Shown piece after piece: positions 44,417 through 44,975 of a stretch of DNA of 44,975 nt (positions are counted from its first letter, which is position 1; each line of letters starts with the position of its first letter). The stretch is from Myxococcota bacterium (GTDB lineage Bacteria > Myxococcota > XYA12-FULL-58-9 > JALHOP01), in NCBI GenBank assembly GCA_041288095.1, contig JBGGMJ010000206.1, positions 1 to 44,975 on the forward strand. The letters run 5' to 3'. The notes under the pieces are model-generated. The model made no database searches. It was not told the DNA's origin and was given only the letters and a program-made list of their open reading frames with translations. A program made the translations under genes and the position numbers.

Positions 44417-44975
44417 TCAGCCCGCTTGGTAGCGAGCCTCGATCGCGTGGACGAGATCCTGGTGCTCCATGCAGCCGATGATCTGCTTGGTGTCGGCGTA
44501 ACGCATGGGCTGCTTGTACCACCGGTCACGCCAAGCACGGATGCGCTTGTCGGTGTCGAGCAAGCTGAGCTGCGGCAGGGTGTCGGTCTCGACCTGCTGG
44601 ACGATGCCGCGGAAGAGCTCGAGCGTCGACTCGTAGCGCTTGCACGACAAGAACACGTCGATGCCCGCGGCGATGCCGAGCCTCGCCATCTCCGTCGGCG
44701 AGTGATGATCGGCGACGGCCTTCATCTCGATGTCGTCGCTGATGATGATGCCGTTGAAAGCGAGCTCGCGGCGCAAGGTGTCTAGCGCCTGCTTCGAGAA
44801 GGTCGCGGGGACTTGCTCGTCGAGCGCCGCGACGATGACGTGCGCGGTCATGATCGAGTCGAGGCCCGCTTCGATGGCCTTCTTGAAGGGCGGCCATTCG
44901 ATCTCGCGCAGGCGCGGCATCTCGTGCTCGACCTTGGGCAGGGCGAGGTGACTGTCGAGGTCGGTGTCGCCGTGG
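44417..44975 (-). CDS. nagZ: Beta-N-acetylglucosaminidase (GH3); 5' part lies outside the window
   Basis: Frame open to the right edge: HGDTDLDSH (NagZ signature), IMTAHV, IISDDIEMKA. Confidence 0.92.
   Translation of the reverse strand, partial: HGDTDLDSHLALPKVEHEMPRLREIEWPPFKKAIEAGLDSIMTAHVIVAALDEQVPATFSKQALDTLRRELAFNGIIISDDIEMKAVADHHSPTEMARLGIAAGIDVFLSCKRYESTLELFRGIVQQVETDTLPQLSLLDTDKRIRAWRDRWYKQPMRYADTKQIIGCMEHQDLVHAIEARYQAG

Noticed and set aside
1..44975. Prophage, IS element, CRISPR-Cas or recognisable defence genes
   Set aside because: No integrase, transposase, phage structural, cas or nuclease motifs and no repeat-spacer array were seen by eye.

Overview
GC-rich bacterial chromosomal segment, probably Myxococcota-like (inferred from the FHA-bEBP, FHA-GGDEF, extra S1-like paralog and myxobacterial-type pilin domain), with about 40 CDS and a tRNA-Thr(CGT). 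Left part (1-17.5 kb): a helical-repeat gene running off the left edge; an FHA-AAA+ regulator lacking GAFTGA; the tRNA; a degenerate GT4; a receptor-less CheB/CheR + hybrid kinase + CheB module; a JmjC/GNAT/ATP-grasp trio; a soluble pilin-like protein; and a WYL regulator coupled to DUF4349/lipoprotein genes. Middle: GST-like, S1-domain, BaiN-family and GH-like genes, two histidine kinases, and a KaiC-like ATPase plus receiver. Right part: folD-gcvT-gcvH, DsbA-like and secreted proteins, an FHA-diguanylate cyclase coupled to a peptidoglycan-recycling operon (LD-carboxypeptidase, an apparently dead beta-lactamase-fold protein, mpl), IMPase, acyltransferase, SDR, a divergent FA-hydroxylase-like gene and partial nagZ. 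Best candidates for undescribed systems: the JmjC-GNAT-ATP-grasp unit, the pseudo-beta-lactamase/DGC recycling operon, the GAFTGA-less regulator with its adjacent 20-bp palindrome, and the WYL-DUF4349 operon. No integrase, transposase or CRISPR array was seen. All family calls come from motif recognition by eye, not database searches.
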